This document shows positions 55,611 to 64,000 of a stretch of 64,000 bases of DNA, piece by piece. This DNA is from an uncultured Clostridia bacterium. GTDB lineage: Bacteria > Bacillota > Clostridia > Christensenellales > CAG-917. Location of the stretch: assembly GCA_944360115.1 (NCBI GenBank), contig CALVTH010000001.1, positions 6,579 through 70,578 of the forward strand, given 5' to 3'. The notes below the pieces were generated by a model. It saw nothing but the letters and a program-made list of their open reading frames with translations. It made no database searches and was not told the DNA's origin. Each line of letters opens with the position of its first letter. The first letter of the stretch is position 1. Both the position numbers and the translations under genes were made by a program.

Positions 55611-57338
55611 ATGGCAGCAAGTGTTGCAATCGACGCGGGTGTGCCGATTGTCGAGAAAAAGTACCTGAAGGCGAAGGATTACATCACCTTCTCGATGGCG
55701 CGGTTTGCCACCGCCGCCATTTCGGGGTTGGTGCAGGGCTATCTCCTCATCTTCTATACTTCCGTTCTCGGCATAGACCCCATCAAGGTCGGAACGATGT
55801 TCCTCATCGCAAAAATCTGGGACGGAATCAACGACCCGATTATGGGCGTCATCGTCGACAAGACGCGCAGCAAGATGGGCAAAATGCGACCGTATCTGTT
55901 GTACGGCGCCGTGCCTTTCGGTCTGGTGATTATCGCGATGTTTCTACCGCTCGGAGGCGTGCTGTCGTCGGTGGGTAAGGTGGCGTTTATGTATGCGTCT
56001 TATCTGCTTTACGATTTTCTCAGCACCTTGGTGGGCGTGCCCCTCGACGGTCTGCCCGCCGTGGCATCGCCCAACTCCGAAGAGCGCGCCAAGATAATTT
56101 CCGTCAGCCGTATCGTCGGTTCCATAGGCGAACAGTCCGGCCTTGTGCTTTACTCCCTGTTCATAATCTTCATGCCGATGAAGGACACCTTCCTCATGAT
56201 GGGACTGGTCATCGGTATCGCCGCGCCCGTGTTTATGATACTGGGCGGTCTGAACGTCAAGGAGCGTATAAAGCCGACGGGCGAGAATGTGCATATTCTG
56301 GACGGGTTCAAGTATATGTTCCAGAATAAGCAGTTCTTAGTGCTGATACTGGGCTTGTTGCTGACATTCTTCCGAAATCTGGTGTCGGCAATGCAGATAT
56401 ACATGGTCACATACATATACGGCGACGGCTCGCTCAACATCGCCTTCGCCTTGCCCGGAGCCATAGCGTCGATGATAGGTATGTTGTTCGCGCCGTGGCT
56501 CAAGAGGCGTATGGACGCCAAGAAACTGTTCATTCTGTCCACCGTCGTGCACTCCGTTATGCTGGCGATAGTCTATCTCATCGGCTATCAGGTGCACTGG
56601 ATTGTCACGGCGGCGGTCATGTTCTTCGCCATGTTGCCCGTCGGCGTCATCAATGTCGCCCCGCACCTCATGGTCATCGACACCCTCGACTACTGGGAAG
56701 ACAAGACCGGCAAGCGTCAGGAGGGCATAGCCTTCGCAATCGTCTCCCTGCGCAGCAAGGTCTCCAGCGCGTTCAAGGACTACTTCATCGCGTTCCTGCT
56801 GGCGACATTCCTCTTCGCCACTCCGCTCACGAGCGCCGTCAACGACCACAGCCCGTGGCAGTTGCAGGTCACTCTCGACGGTCTGTTCATGATGTTCACC
56901 GTCATACCCGCCGTCCTCAACCTCGTGTGCATAGTGCCTTTCCTGTTCTACACCCTGTCGGGCAAGCGCATGGCTGAAATCAACGCCCGTCTGGCAATCA
57001 AGCGTATGCTCGAAGAAGGCGGCGGCGAAGACGCCGAGGAGAGCGGCGAAGGCAAGACCGTCGGCTGGATGAGCCTCGAAGACATTCTCCGCGACCCCGC
57101 GGCGGCAAAGGACCCCGACGCGGCTTTCGGCGTGGTGGGCAGGATGTCTCTCGACGATATGGTGGCATATCCCCCCGTCGCCGACAAACAGACTGCGGAC
57201 GCCGTCACAGAGGAAGCCCCGAAGTGCGAGGAAGAGATTTTCGTGAAAGAGGGGTGCGAGCCCGTCACCGAAGAAGAGAAGATGGAGCTTGCCGAAAAGC
57301 AAGCCGTCGACGAATACGAGAAGGGAGGTGACCTGTAA
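55611..57338 (+). CDS. Glycoside-pentoside-hexuronide (GPH):cation symporter with a ~110-aa acidic C-terminal tail
   Basis: 'IAKIWDGINDPIMGVIVDKTRSKMGKMRPYLLYGAVPFG' is the GPH signature. It has about 12 TM helices. A ggag RBS lies before ATG 55611. Confidence 0.85.
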   Translation: MAASVAIDAGVPIVEKKYLKAKDYITFSMARFATAAISGLVQGYLLIFYTSVLGIDPIKVGTMFLIAKIWDGINDPIMGVIVDKTRSKMGKMRPYLLYGAVPFGLVIIAMFLPLGGVLSSVGKVAFMYASYLLYDFLSTLVGVPLDGLPAVASPNSEERAKIISVSRIVGSIGEQSGLVLYSLFIIFMPMKDTFLMMGLVIGIAAPVFMILGGLNVKERIKPTGENVHILDGFKYMFQNKQFLVLILGLLLTFFRNLVSAMQIYMVTYIYGDGSLNIAFALPGAIASMIGMLFAPWLKRRMDAKKLFILSTVVHSVMLAIVYLIGYQVHWIVTAAVMFFAMLPVGVINVAPHLMVIDTLDYWEDKTGKRQEGIAFAIVSLRSKVSSAFKDYFIAFLLATFLFATPLTSAVNDHSPWQLQVTLDGLFMMFTVIPAVLNLVCIVPFLFYTLSGKRMAEINARLAIKRMLEEGGGEDAEESGEGKTVGWMSLEDILRDPAAAKDPDAAFGVVGRMSLDDMVAYPPVADKQTADAVTEEAPKCEEEIFVKEGCEPVTEEEKMELAEKQAVDEYEKGGDL

Positions 57339-58264
57339 TGAAAAAGAAAATCATCGTTGCCGTGTTGCTTTTGGCGCTTGCGCTGACGGCGCTCGTCGGG
57401 TGCAGTCAGACCGCCGAGGAATTCTACAGGGACCTCGACAAATCCATCGCGGAGACGGCGGGCAAACTGGACGAAGCCTACGGTATCCTTTCAGGACTGA
57501 CCACCTACCGCTACACCACCGAGGTTTACCTCGAAAGTATGTCCAACTACGACGCCGTCAACAAGAAATTCCCCGACGAAAAGGAATGGTACAAGCCGTC
57601 CTTCGGCTACGAATTCGTCCGCGACGGCAACGCCGAGTATGTCAAGATAACGGCGGAAGACACCACATACGAGTTCTGGTATGACGGCGGCGCGCTGTCC
57701 CAGACCAAGGTGGACGGAGCGGTGGTCGCCGAAATTCCCGCCGACAAGAGGGAGGGCTACGACCTCTTCCGCGGCTATTTCTTCGAGAGCGACACGCAGT
57801 ACAATCTGGCGTTCGACATCGTCGACCGCTATCACGACATAGATAGCGAAGCCCGCGCGGATTCCGTGGCGGCTGCCCGTGCGGAGGGTATTCTCGGCAC
57901 GGATGTCGTCAACTTCCTCACCTACGACATCACCCTGAACGGTGGCGTGACGGAAGGGTGGAGGACGCTGTCCACCGACGACGGCGTGACCGCCGTCACC
58001 GGATACGACGAGGATCTCAAAATCTCCTGGTCGGAAGTCGAAACCCTTGCCATAGGCAATATGTGTATCAGCCTGCAGAAAGGCAGCATAACGATGATAG
58101 AGATGTACAACGAAATCATCGGCGCCTACCACAAGAGCGAGGAACAGGCGTGGAACAACCTCACCGCCGACAACTGGTACGGCGACAGAATAGAGGCGGA
58201 CAAACTCATTCTCACCTTTGAATATCCGTCCAAGAAAGTCACCGTTTCCGTCCCCGCGAAATGA
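57338..58264 (+). CDS. Hypothetical lipoprotein
   Basis: It has a signal peptide with the lipobox 'LTALVGC'. Its ATG overlaps the transporter stop (TAATG). Confidence 0.65.
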   Translation: MKKKIIVAVLLLALALTALVGCSQTAEEFYRDLDKSIAETAGKLDEAYGILSGLTTYRYTTEVYLESMSNYDAVNKKFPDEKEWYKPSFGYEFVRDGNAEYVKITAEDTTYEFWYDGGALSQTKVDGAVVAEIPADKREGYDLFRGYFFESDTQYNLAFDIVDRYHDIDSEARADSVAAARAEGILGTDVVNFLTYDITLNGGVTEGWRTLSTDDGVTAVTGYDEDLKISWSEVETLAIGNMCISLQKGSITMIEMYNEIIGAYHKSEEQAWNNLTADNWYGDRIEADKLILTFEYPSKKVTVSVPAK

Positions 58265-58286
58265 TTTTTCACCGACGCAACGGAAG

Positions 58287-58311
58287 CCCCGCCGCACGGC
58301 GGGGTTTTCTT
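58287..58311 (+). terminator. Intrinsic terminator after the lipoprotein gene
   Basis: ccccgcc-gcac-ggcgggg followed by ttttctttt. Confidence 0.7.
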
Positions 58312-58395
58312 TTGCGCACTGCGCGCCGCGCTGTTGATTTTCCGTCGCGGGTGTGATACAATAACGAAGTATTTTAATAATAAGGAATTGTCGCA

Positions 58396-59925
58396 ATGCT
58401 CGCGTGTGTCAAAAGTTACGCCCTCGAGGGTCTGGACGGATACGCCGTCGATGTCGAAGTGGATGTCAACAGCGGTCTGCCGAGCGTGGAGACGGTGGGA
58501 CTGGCTTCCGCCGCCACCAAGGAATCCAAGGAACGCGTGCGTGCGGCAATCAGAAACAGCGGCTTTCCCTATCCCGCAAAACGCATAACCGTCAATCTCG
58601 CTCCCGCCGACACCAGGAAAGAGGGGGCTTCGCTCGACCTGCCCATAGCGGTGGGGCTGTTGGTGTGCGCCGAAGCGGTGACGGGCGCGCGTTACAAGGA
58701 ATTCGCAATGGTGGGCGAACTTGCCCTGAACGGCGAGATACGCCCCGTCAACGGCATTATGCCCCTGCTTATTTCGGCAATGCAGCACGGCGTGAAAAAG
58801 TTCGTCGTGCCCGCGGCAAACGCCAAGGAAGCGGGGTATATAGACGGCATTGAGGTATATGCGGTGTCCACGCTGCGCGAAGCGGCGGATTTTCTGAACG
58901 GACAACCGCTCGCCCCCGTGCCGCGCACGGAATATTCCGCCGCGCGCACGGCTTCCCGCTACGGCATAGACCTTGCGGATGTCAAGGGGCAGACGGCGGC
59001 GAAGCGCGCGCTGGAAATCGCCGTTGCGGGCGGGCACAATGTGCTGATGTGCGGTGCGCCCGGCGCGGGCAAGACAATGCTCGCCAAATGCGTGCCCACC
59101 ATAATGCCCGACATGACTTTCGCCGAAGCCGTCGAGGTGACCAAGATACATTCCGTGGCGGGTATTCTCGACCCGTCCGTGGGCATAGTGTCCGCACGGC
59201 CGTTCAGGACTCCGCACCACACGGCGACGGTGCCCGCGCTCATAGGCGGCGGCAGCAAGGCGCGTCCGGGGGAGGTCAGCCTCGCGCACAACGGGGTGCT
59301 TTTCCTCGACGAAATGCCGGAATACACCCGTCACGCGCTGGAGACCCTGCGCCAGCCCCTGGAGGACAAGAGGGTGACGGTGGCGAGGGCGGCGCGGTCG
59401 GTGGAATATCCCGCCAACTTCATGCTGGTGGCGAGCATGAACCCCTGTCCGTGCGGCAATTACGGGTCGCGCACGCAGGTGTGCCGTTGCTCGGCGGCGC
59501 AGATTCACGCCTACACCGCAAAGCTGAGCGGACCTCTTCTCGACAGGATAGACCTCTATATCGAGGTGGACGGCGTGGAGTATTCCGAACTGCGCGGAAG
59601 CGCGGCGGGAGAGACCTCGGCGACGGTGAGGGAGAGGGTGGAAAAAGCCCGCGAAATTCAACGGAAACGCTTCGAGGGAGAGGGCTTCTGCACCAACTCG
59701 CAGATGGGTGCGCGCGACATCGCGCGCCACTGCGCGCTCGACCCCGACGGGGAGCGACTTTTGCAAAAAGCCTTCGACAAAATGGGCTTGACGGCACGCG
59801 GTGCCACGCGTATACTCAAAGTCGCCCGCACCGTCGCGGACCTTGGCGGCAGCGCGGACATACTGCCCGCTCACCTTGCCGAAGCAATACGCTACCGCAG
59901 TATGGAAAGGAACAATATCCGATGA
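58396..59925 (+). CDS. comM: YifB/ComM-family Mg-chelatase-like AAA+ ATPase
   Basis: It has a Lon-protease-like N-terminus 'GLASAATKESKERV', Walker A 'GAPGAGKTMLAK', 'GVLFLDE' and 'RILKVARTVADL'. Confidence 0.9.
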   Translation: MLACVKSYALEGLDGYAVDVEVDVNSGLPSVETVGLASAATKESKERVRAAIRNSGFPYPAKRITVNLAPADTRKEGASLDLPIAVGLLVCAEAVTGARYKEFAMVGELALNGEIRPVNGIMPLLISAMQHGVKKFVVPAANAKEAGYIDGIEVYAVSTLREAADFLNGQPLAPVPRTEYSAARTASRYGIDLADVKGQTAAKRALEIAVAGGHNVLMCGAPGAGKTMLAKCVPTIMPDMTFAEAVEVTKIHSVAGILDPSVGIVSARPFRTPHHTATVPALIGGGSKARPGEVSLAHNGVLFLDEMPEYTRHALETLRQPLEDKRVTVARAARSVEYPANFMLVASMNPCPCGNYGSRTQVCRCSAAQIHAYTAKLSGPLLDRIDLYIEVDGVEYSELRGSAAGETSATVRERVEKAREIQRKRFEGEGFCTNSQMGARDIARHCALDPDGERLLQKAFDKMGLTARGATRILKVARTVADLGGSADILPAHLAEAIRYRSMERNNIR

Positions 59926-61007
59926 ACGGACGCGACCGCAATACGGCGGTGCTGCTCGCGCTCCGCTGCACCGAACACATTTCGCAAAAGAGGAGGGAAG
60001 GACTGCTCGGGCTTGCGCCCGAACCGTCCGCTTTACTTTCGCGCGAATTTGCGGGCAGGGTCGACGCCCTTCTCGGCGAGGCGGCGGAGGAATTCCGCGA
60101 CAATCTCGCGGCGACGGAGAGGCTCTTCGACGAGACGGAAAAGGCGGGCGTGTCGTGGATGACTTATCTCGACGACGAATTCCCCGCCCAACTGCGCGAA
60201 ATAAGCCCTATGCCGACTCTGCTCTTCGTAAAGGGCAATGCCGGTGCGCTGGGCGGCTTCGGGATTGCCGTCGTCGGCACCAGAAAACCGACCAGATACG
60301 GACTGAAACTCGCAGATATGTTCTCGCGGGAACTGGCGAGGGCGGGCATAACCGTCATAAGCGGATTCGCAAGGGGAATAGACACCGCGGCGCACAAAGC
60401 GTGCATCGAAAGCGGCGCGCCCACGGTGGCGGTGTTCGGGTGCGGATTGGATGTGTGTTATCCCGCCGAAAACCGTGCGCTTTACCGCGACATACCGGAG
60501 CGAGGCGGCGCGTTGGTCAGCGAATATCCTCTCGGGTGCAAACCCCTGCAGTACCGTTTCCCCGAGCGCAACAGGATAATCAGCGGACTTGCGCGCGGCG
60601 TGTTTCTGCCCGAGGCGGCAAAGAGAAGCGGCTCGCTCATCACGGCGGAACTCGCTTTGGAGCAGGGCAAGGATGTTTTCATCGCTCCCGGCAACATTTT
60701 CGCGGAGGAGAGCGGCGGCACGAATCTGCTGTTGCAGTCCATACCGCACGCGTTGGTGCTGTCGCCCGACGACATACTCGCGCACTACCGCATGACTCCC
60801 AAGGAGCGGGTCGAGAAAGGCGAGACCGAGCAGATGACGGTGGAGGAAAATCTCGTCATCGCCGTGCTCCGTCGCGGAGAAGCCCATTTCGAGGAACTTC
60901 TTGCCGAGACGGGACTTACGGCGTCCGCGCTCACCGATGTGCTCGTGGGGCTTGAACTGTCGGGAATAGCCGAGCAGACAAACGGGAATTATTACAGTCT
61001 GTGCTGA
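59922..61007 (+). CDS. dprA: DNA processing protein DprA (Smf)
   Basis: It contains 'VVGTRKPTRYG', 'ISGFARGIDTAAHKA' and 'FPERNRIISGL'. Its ATG overlaps the comM stop (ATGA). Confidence 0.9.
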   Translation: MNGRDRNTAVLLALRCTEHISQKRREGLLGLAPEPSALLSREFAGRVDALLGEAAEEFRDNLAATERLFDETEKAGVSWMTYLDDEFPAQLREISPMPTLLFVKGNAGALGGFGIAVVGTRKPTRYGLKLADMFSRELARAGITVISGFARGIDTAAHKACIESGAPTVAVFGCGLDVCYPAENRALYRDIPERGGALVSEYPLGCKPLQYRFPERNRIISGLARGVFLPEAAKRSGSLITAELALEQGKDVFIAPGNIFAEESGGTNLLLQSIPHALVLSPDDILAHYRMTPKERVEKGETEQMTVEENLVIAVLRRGEAHFEELLAETGLTASALTDVLVGLELSGIAEQTNGNYYSLC

Positions 61008-61018
61008 AAGGAGAATAA

Positions 61019-63166
61019 ATGAAACAACTCATCATCGTCGAATCGCCTTCCAAAGCAAAGACGATACAGAAATACCTCGGCGGGGATGTCGTGGTGCTGG
61101 CGTCCAAGGGGCACATCTGCGATTTGCCCGCGCGCAGTCTCGGCATTGACATCGCCGACGGCTTCAAACCGCAGTATGTCGTCACCCCCGAGAAAAAGGA
61201 GACCATAGACAAACTGGCTCAGGCTGTCGCCAAATACAAGACCGTCTACCTTGCGACCGACCCCGACCGCGAAGGCGAAGCCATAAGCTGGCATCTCAAG
61301 AACACGCTCGGCATTTCGGGCGACAAGGTGCGCATAGAGTTCAACGAAATATCCCCCAAAGCCGTGCGCGCGGCAATGGAAAAGCCCCGCGAGATAAATA
61401 TGAATCTCGTGGACTCCCAGCAGGCGCGGCGCGTGCTGGACAGGCTGGTCGGCTATAAGATCTCGCCCATTCTGGCGAGAAAACTGGCCCCCTCGGGCAA
61501 CAAGACGGGTATGTCCGCCGGCAGAGTGCAGTCGGCGGCGCTCAAGATGATAGTCGACCGCGAGAACGAAATCCGCGCTTTCGTGCCCGAGGAATACTGG
61601 ACGATTATCGCCGAACTGTTCAAAGAGGGCGACCGTCACATCAAAGCCAATCTCATAAAGGCGGCTTTCAACGATTTCGACGGCAAGAAGACCAAAATCA
61701 CGGACGCCGCTTCGGCGGCTTCTCTGGTGGCGCGTATGAAGGGCGCGGCCTATACCGTGGACGAGGTCAAGAAGGGCGTCGTCACCGCGAAGCCCGCTCC
61801 GCCGTTCACCACGAGCACAATGCAACAGGAAGCCAACCACAAGCTCAATATGTCCGCCGACCGCGCCATTCGCGTGGCTCAGCAGCTGTACGAGGGCGTC
61901 AATGTGGGCGGCGAGGGTCTGCACGCGCTTATCACCTACATCAGGACGGACAGTGTCAGGGTGTCGCCCGATTTCTCGGCGGCGGCTCTCGGGTTCATAA
62001 GGGCCAATTACGGCGCGGAATTCGCCCCGTCGTCTCCCAATGTCTACAAGACGAGCGCGAGCGCGCAGGACGCTCACGAAGCCATACGCCCAATTTCGCT
62101 GGAGCGCACCCCGCAGTCTCTCGAAGGCAAACTCGAGCGCGACCAGTTCCGTCTTTACAAACTCATCTACGAAAGATTCCTTGCTTCGCAGATGAAACCC
62201 GCGCTCTACAACACCATGCGCGTGCACATCGCGGGAGAGGACGGCGAAGGCAGAATGGGCTTCGTCGTGCACGGCAGAAGCGTCAAGTTCAAGGGGTTCA
62301 CCGCCGTCTATTCCGCCACTTCCGACAAGGAGAAGGACGAGGACGACGGTATTGAGGTGGACACCATGCCCGACCTCAACGAAGGCGACAGGCTGGAACT
62401 CGGCAACGCGACCTCGGAGCAGAAGTTCACCAAACCGCCCGCGCGGTACACCGACGCCAGTCTGGTCAAGGCAATGGAAGAAAACGGCATAGGTCGCCCC
62501 AGCACCTACGCGTCCATAATCTCCGTCATCGCCAAGCGCGAGTACACCGAGAAAGAGGGCAAGAGCATAAAGCCCACGCCCCGCGGCGAAAAGGTGTGCG
62601 AATATATGGAGAAGAATTTCCCCGACATAATGAGCCTCGATTTCACGGCGAGGCTGGAGGGCGCGCTCGACAAAATCGCCCTCGGCGGTTATCCGTGGCA
62701 GGACCTCATCGGGGCGTTCTATCCCAGACTGCAACGCTTCATCGAGCGCGCGGCGAAGTCGGCGGGCGAGGACAAACTTCCCGACGAAGTCAGCGATGTG
62801 GTGTGCGACAAGTGCGGCGCGAAAATGGTCATAAAAGAGGGCAGATACGGCAAATTCCTGGCTTGCCCCAACTATCCCGCCTGCAAGAACATCAAGAAAT
62901 TCGTCGAAGTGGTGGGCAAGTGCCCGAAGTGCGGCGCGGATGTGCTGAAAAAGACTTCGCGTTCGGGCAAGACTTTCTACGGGTGCGCCGATTATCCCAA
63001 GTGCGATTTCACTTCGTGGGAACTTCCCGCGCCCAAACTGTGTCCCGAGTGCGGGGGCGCAATGCGTATGAACACCCGCGACGGAGTCACCACTTATATA
63101 TGTATGAACCGCGATTGCAGACACCGCGAGAAAGCCCCGTCGGGCGAAGGCGGCGAGACCAGATGA
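61019..63166 (+). CDS. topA: DNA topoisomerase I
   Basis: It has Toprim 'LIIVESPSKAKTI' and 'ATDPDREGEAI', the catalytic region 'ITYIRTDS', and three C-terminal CxxC zinc ribbons. Confidence 0.95.
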   Translation: MKQLIIVESPSKAKTIQKYLGGDVVVLASKGHICDLPARSLGIDIADGFKPQYVVTPEKKETIDKLAQAVAKYKTVYLATDPDREGEAISWHLKNTLGISGDKVRIEFNEISPKAVRAAMEKPREINMNLVDSQQARRVLDRLVGYKISPILARKLAPSGNKTGMSAGRVQSAALKMIVDRENEIRAFVPEEYWTIIAELFKEGDRHIKANLIKAAFNDFDGKKTKITDAASAASLVARMKGAAYTVDEVKKGVVTAKPAPPFTTSTMQQEANHKLNMSADRAIRVAQQLYEGVNVGGEGLHALITYIRTDSVRVSPDFSAAALGFIRANYGAEFAPSSPNVYKTSASAQDAHEAIRPISLERTPQSLEGKLERDQFRLYKLIYERFLASQMKPALYNTMRVHIAGEDGEGRMGFVVHGRSVKFKGFTAVYSATSDKEKDEDDGIEVDTMPDLNEGDRLELGNATSEQKFTKPPARYTDASLVKAMEENGIGRPSTYASIISVIAKREYTEKEGKSIKPTPRGEKVCEYMEKNFPDIMSLDFTARLEGALDKIALGGYPWQDLIGAFYPRLQRFIERAAKSAGEDKLPDEVSDVVCDKCGAKMVIKEGRYGKFLACPNYPACKNIKKFVEVVGKCPKCGADVLKKTSRSGKTFYGCADYPKCDFTSWELPAPKLCPECGGAMRMNTRDGVTTYICMNRDCRHREKAPSGEGGETR

Positions 63167-64000
63167 AGAAACCGCGTGTGACCGTTGTGGGAGGAGGTCT
63201 TGCGGGGTGCGAAGCCGCCCTGCAACTTCTCGCGCGCGGTTACGGCGTGGATATGTACGAAATGCGCCCCGAGGTGACGACGGGCGCGCACAGAACGGGC
63301 GCTCTTGCCGAACTGGTGTGTTCCAATTCGCTCAAATCCGAGGGCGGGGACACGGCGTCGGCGGCGCTGAAAGACGAACTGGACGCAATGGGGTGCAGGC
63401 TGATTGCCCTCGCGCGCGAGTGTCGTGTGCCGTCGGGCAGCGCGCTTGCCGTCGACAGAGAGAAATTCTCGGCGGCGGTGGAGAGCGCGCTTGCGGCGTA
63501 CCCCGATTTCCGACTTGTAAGACGGGAGGTGACGGAGATTCCCGCCGCACCCGCCGTCGTCGCCTGCGGACCTCTCGCTTCCCCCGCAATGGCGGAAGCC
63601 CTCGCCGCGGCGACGGGCAAGGACAGATTGTATTTCTACGACGCCGTCGCCCCCATTGTTGACGGCGAGAGCATAGACTACGACAGCGCATATTTCGGCG
63701 GCAGATATGGCAGAGGCGACGATTATCTCAATCTTCCCATGGAGCGCGACGAATACGAGGCGTTTTACGAGGCGCTCGTCGGCGCGCAGACGGTGGTGCT
63801 CAGGGATTTCGAGCGCAAGGAACTTTTCGAGGGGTGTATGCCCGTCGAGGAGATTGCCCGTCGCGGCAAGGATTCCATGCGTTTCGGACCGCTCCGTCCC
63901 GTGGGACTGCGCGACCCGCGCACGGGCAAGGGCGCGTACGCCGTCGCGCAACTCCGCCGCGAACACGCCGCGGGCGACTGTTTCAACATGGTCGGATTTC
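63163..64000 (+). CDS. trmFO: Methylenetetrahydrofolate--tRNA-(uracil54-C5)-methyltransferase TrmFO (3' end lies outside the window)
   Basis: My own translation from ATG 63163 gives 'MKKPRVTVVGGGLAGCEAALQL...AELVCSNSLKS...FEGCMPVEEIARRGKDSMRFGPLRPVGL'. The frame is open to the window end. The ATG overlaps the topA stop. The dprA-topA-trmFO order matches B. subtilis. Confidence 0.88.
   Translation, partial: MKKPRVTVVGGGLAGCEAALQLLARGYGVDMYEMRPEVTTGAHRTGALAELVCSNSLKSEGGDTASAALKDELDAMGCRLIALARECRVPSGSALAVDREKFSAAVESALAAYPDFRLVRREVTEIPAAPAVVACGPLASPAMAEALAAATGKDRLYFYDAVAPIVDGESIDYDSAYFGGRYGRGDDYLNLPMERDEYEAFYEALVGAQTVVLRDFERKELFEGCMPVEEIARRGKDSMRFGPLRPVGLRDPRTGKGAYAVAQLRREHAAGDCFNMVGF

Overview
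This window looks like chromosomal DNA from a high-GC, endospore-forming Firmicute, probably a Clostridia-type organism. That call rests on a complete spoIIIAA-AH operon and a CIRCE/HrcA heat-shock operon. Almost all genes are on the + strand.

About two thirds of the window is housekeeping DNA whose gene order closely follows Bacillus subtilis:
- ftsK-rimO-pgsA-(novel ORF)-cinA-recA-rny-M24 peptidase-efp
- spoIIIAA..AH-asp23(yqhY)-nusB-xseA-xseB-ispA-tRNA-Cys-tRNA-Leu
- maa, on the - strand
- hrcA-grpE-dnaK-dnaJ-prmA-rsmE-mtaB-hit-rpsU-tRNA-Val
- comM-dprA-topA-trmFO at the right edge

The accessory or unusual parts are:
1. A 0.55 kb AT-rich non-coding gap after efp. It holds three tandem copies of a 73-76 nt element and ends in a strong orphan terminator.
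2. An ~850 bp non-coding tandem duplication (2 x 404 bp). Each copy starts with the 3' end of tRNA-Leu and contains a second copy of that end as a CCA-tailed minihelix.
3. A ~1.6 kb low-GC islet directly after tRNA-Val. It carries a two-domain GIY-YIG nuclease gene behind a long structured leader with a terminator, plus a 67-aa ORF. There is no integrase.
4. A 7TMR-DISM-like histidine kinase, a REC-SARP response regulator and a 1481-aa BspA-type LRR lipoprotein full of near-identical internal repeats.
5. A GH38 alpha-mannosidase followed by iolCBDEAG, preceded by phased ATGCGG direct repeats and an operator-like palindrome.
6. A second carbohydrate locus: PfkB kinase, Gfo/Idh/MocA oxidoreductase, PHP, GDPD, TIM-barrel isomerase, six-hairpin glycosidase, GPH symporter and a lipoprotein.

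I saw no CRISPR array, rRNA, transposase or integrase. All family assignments come from motifs read in the supplied translations and from synteny. No database search was run.
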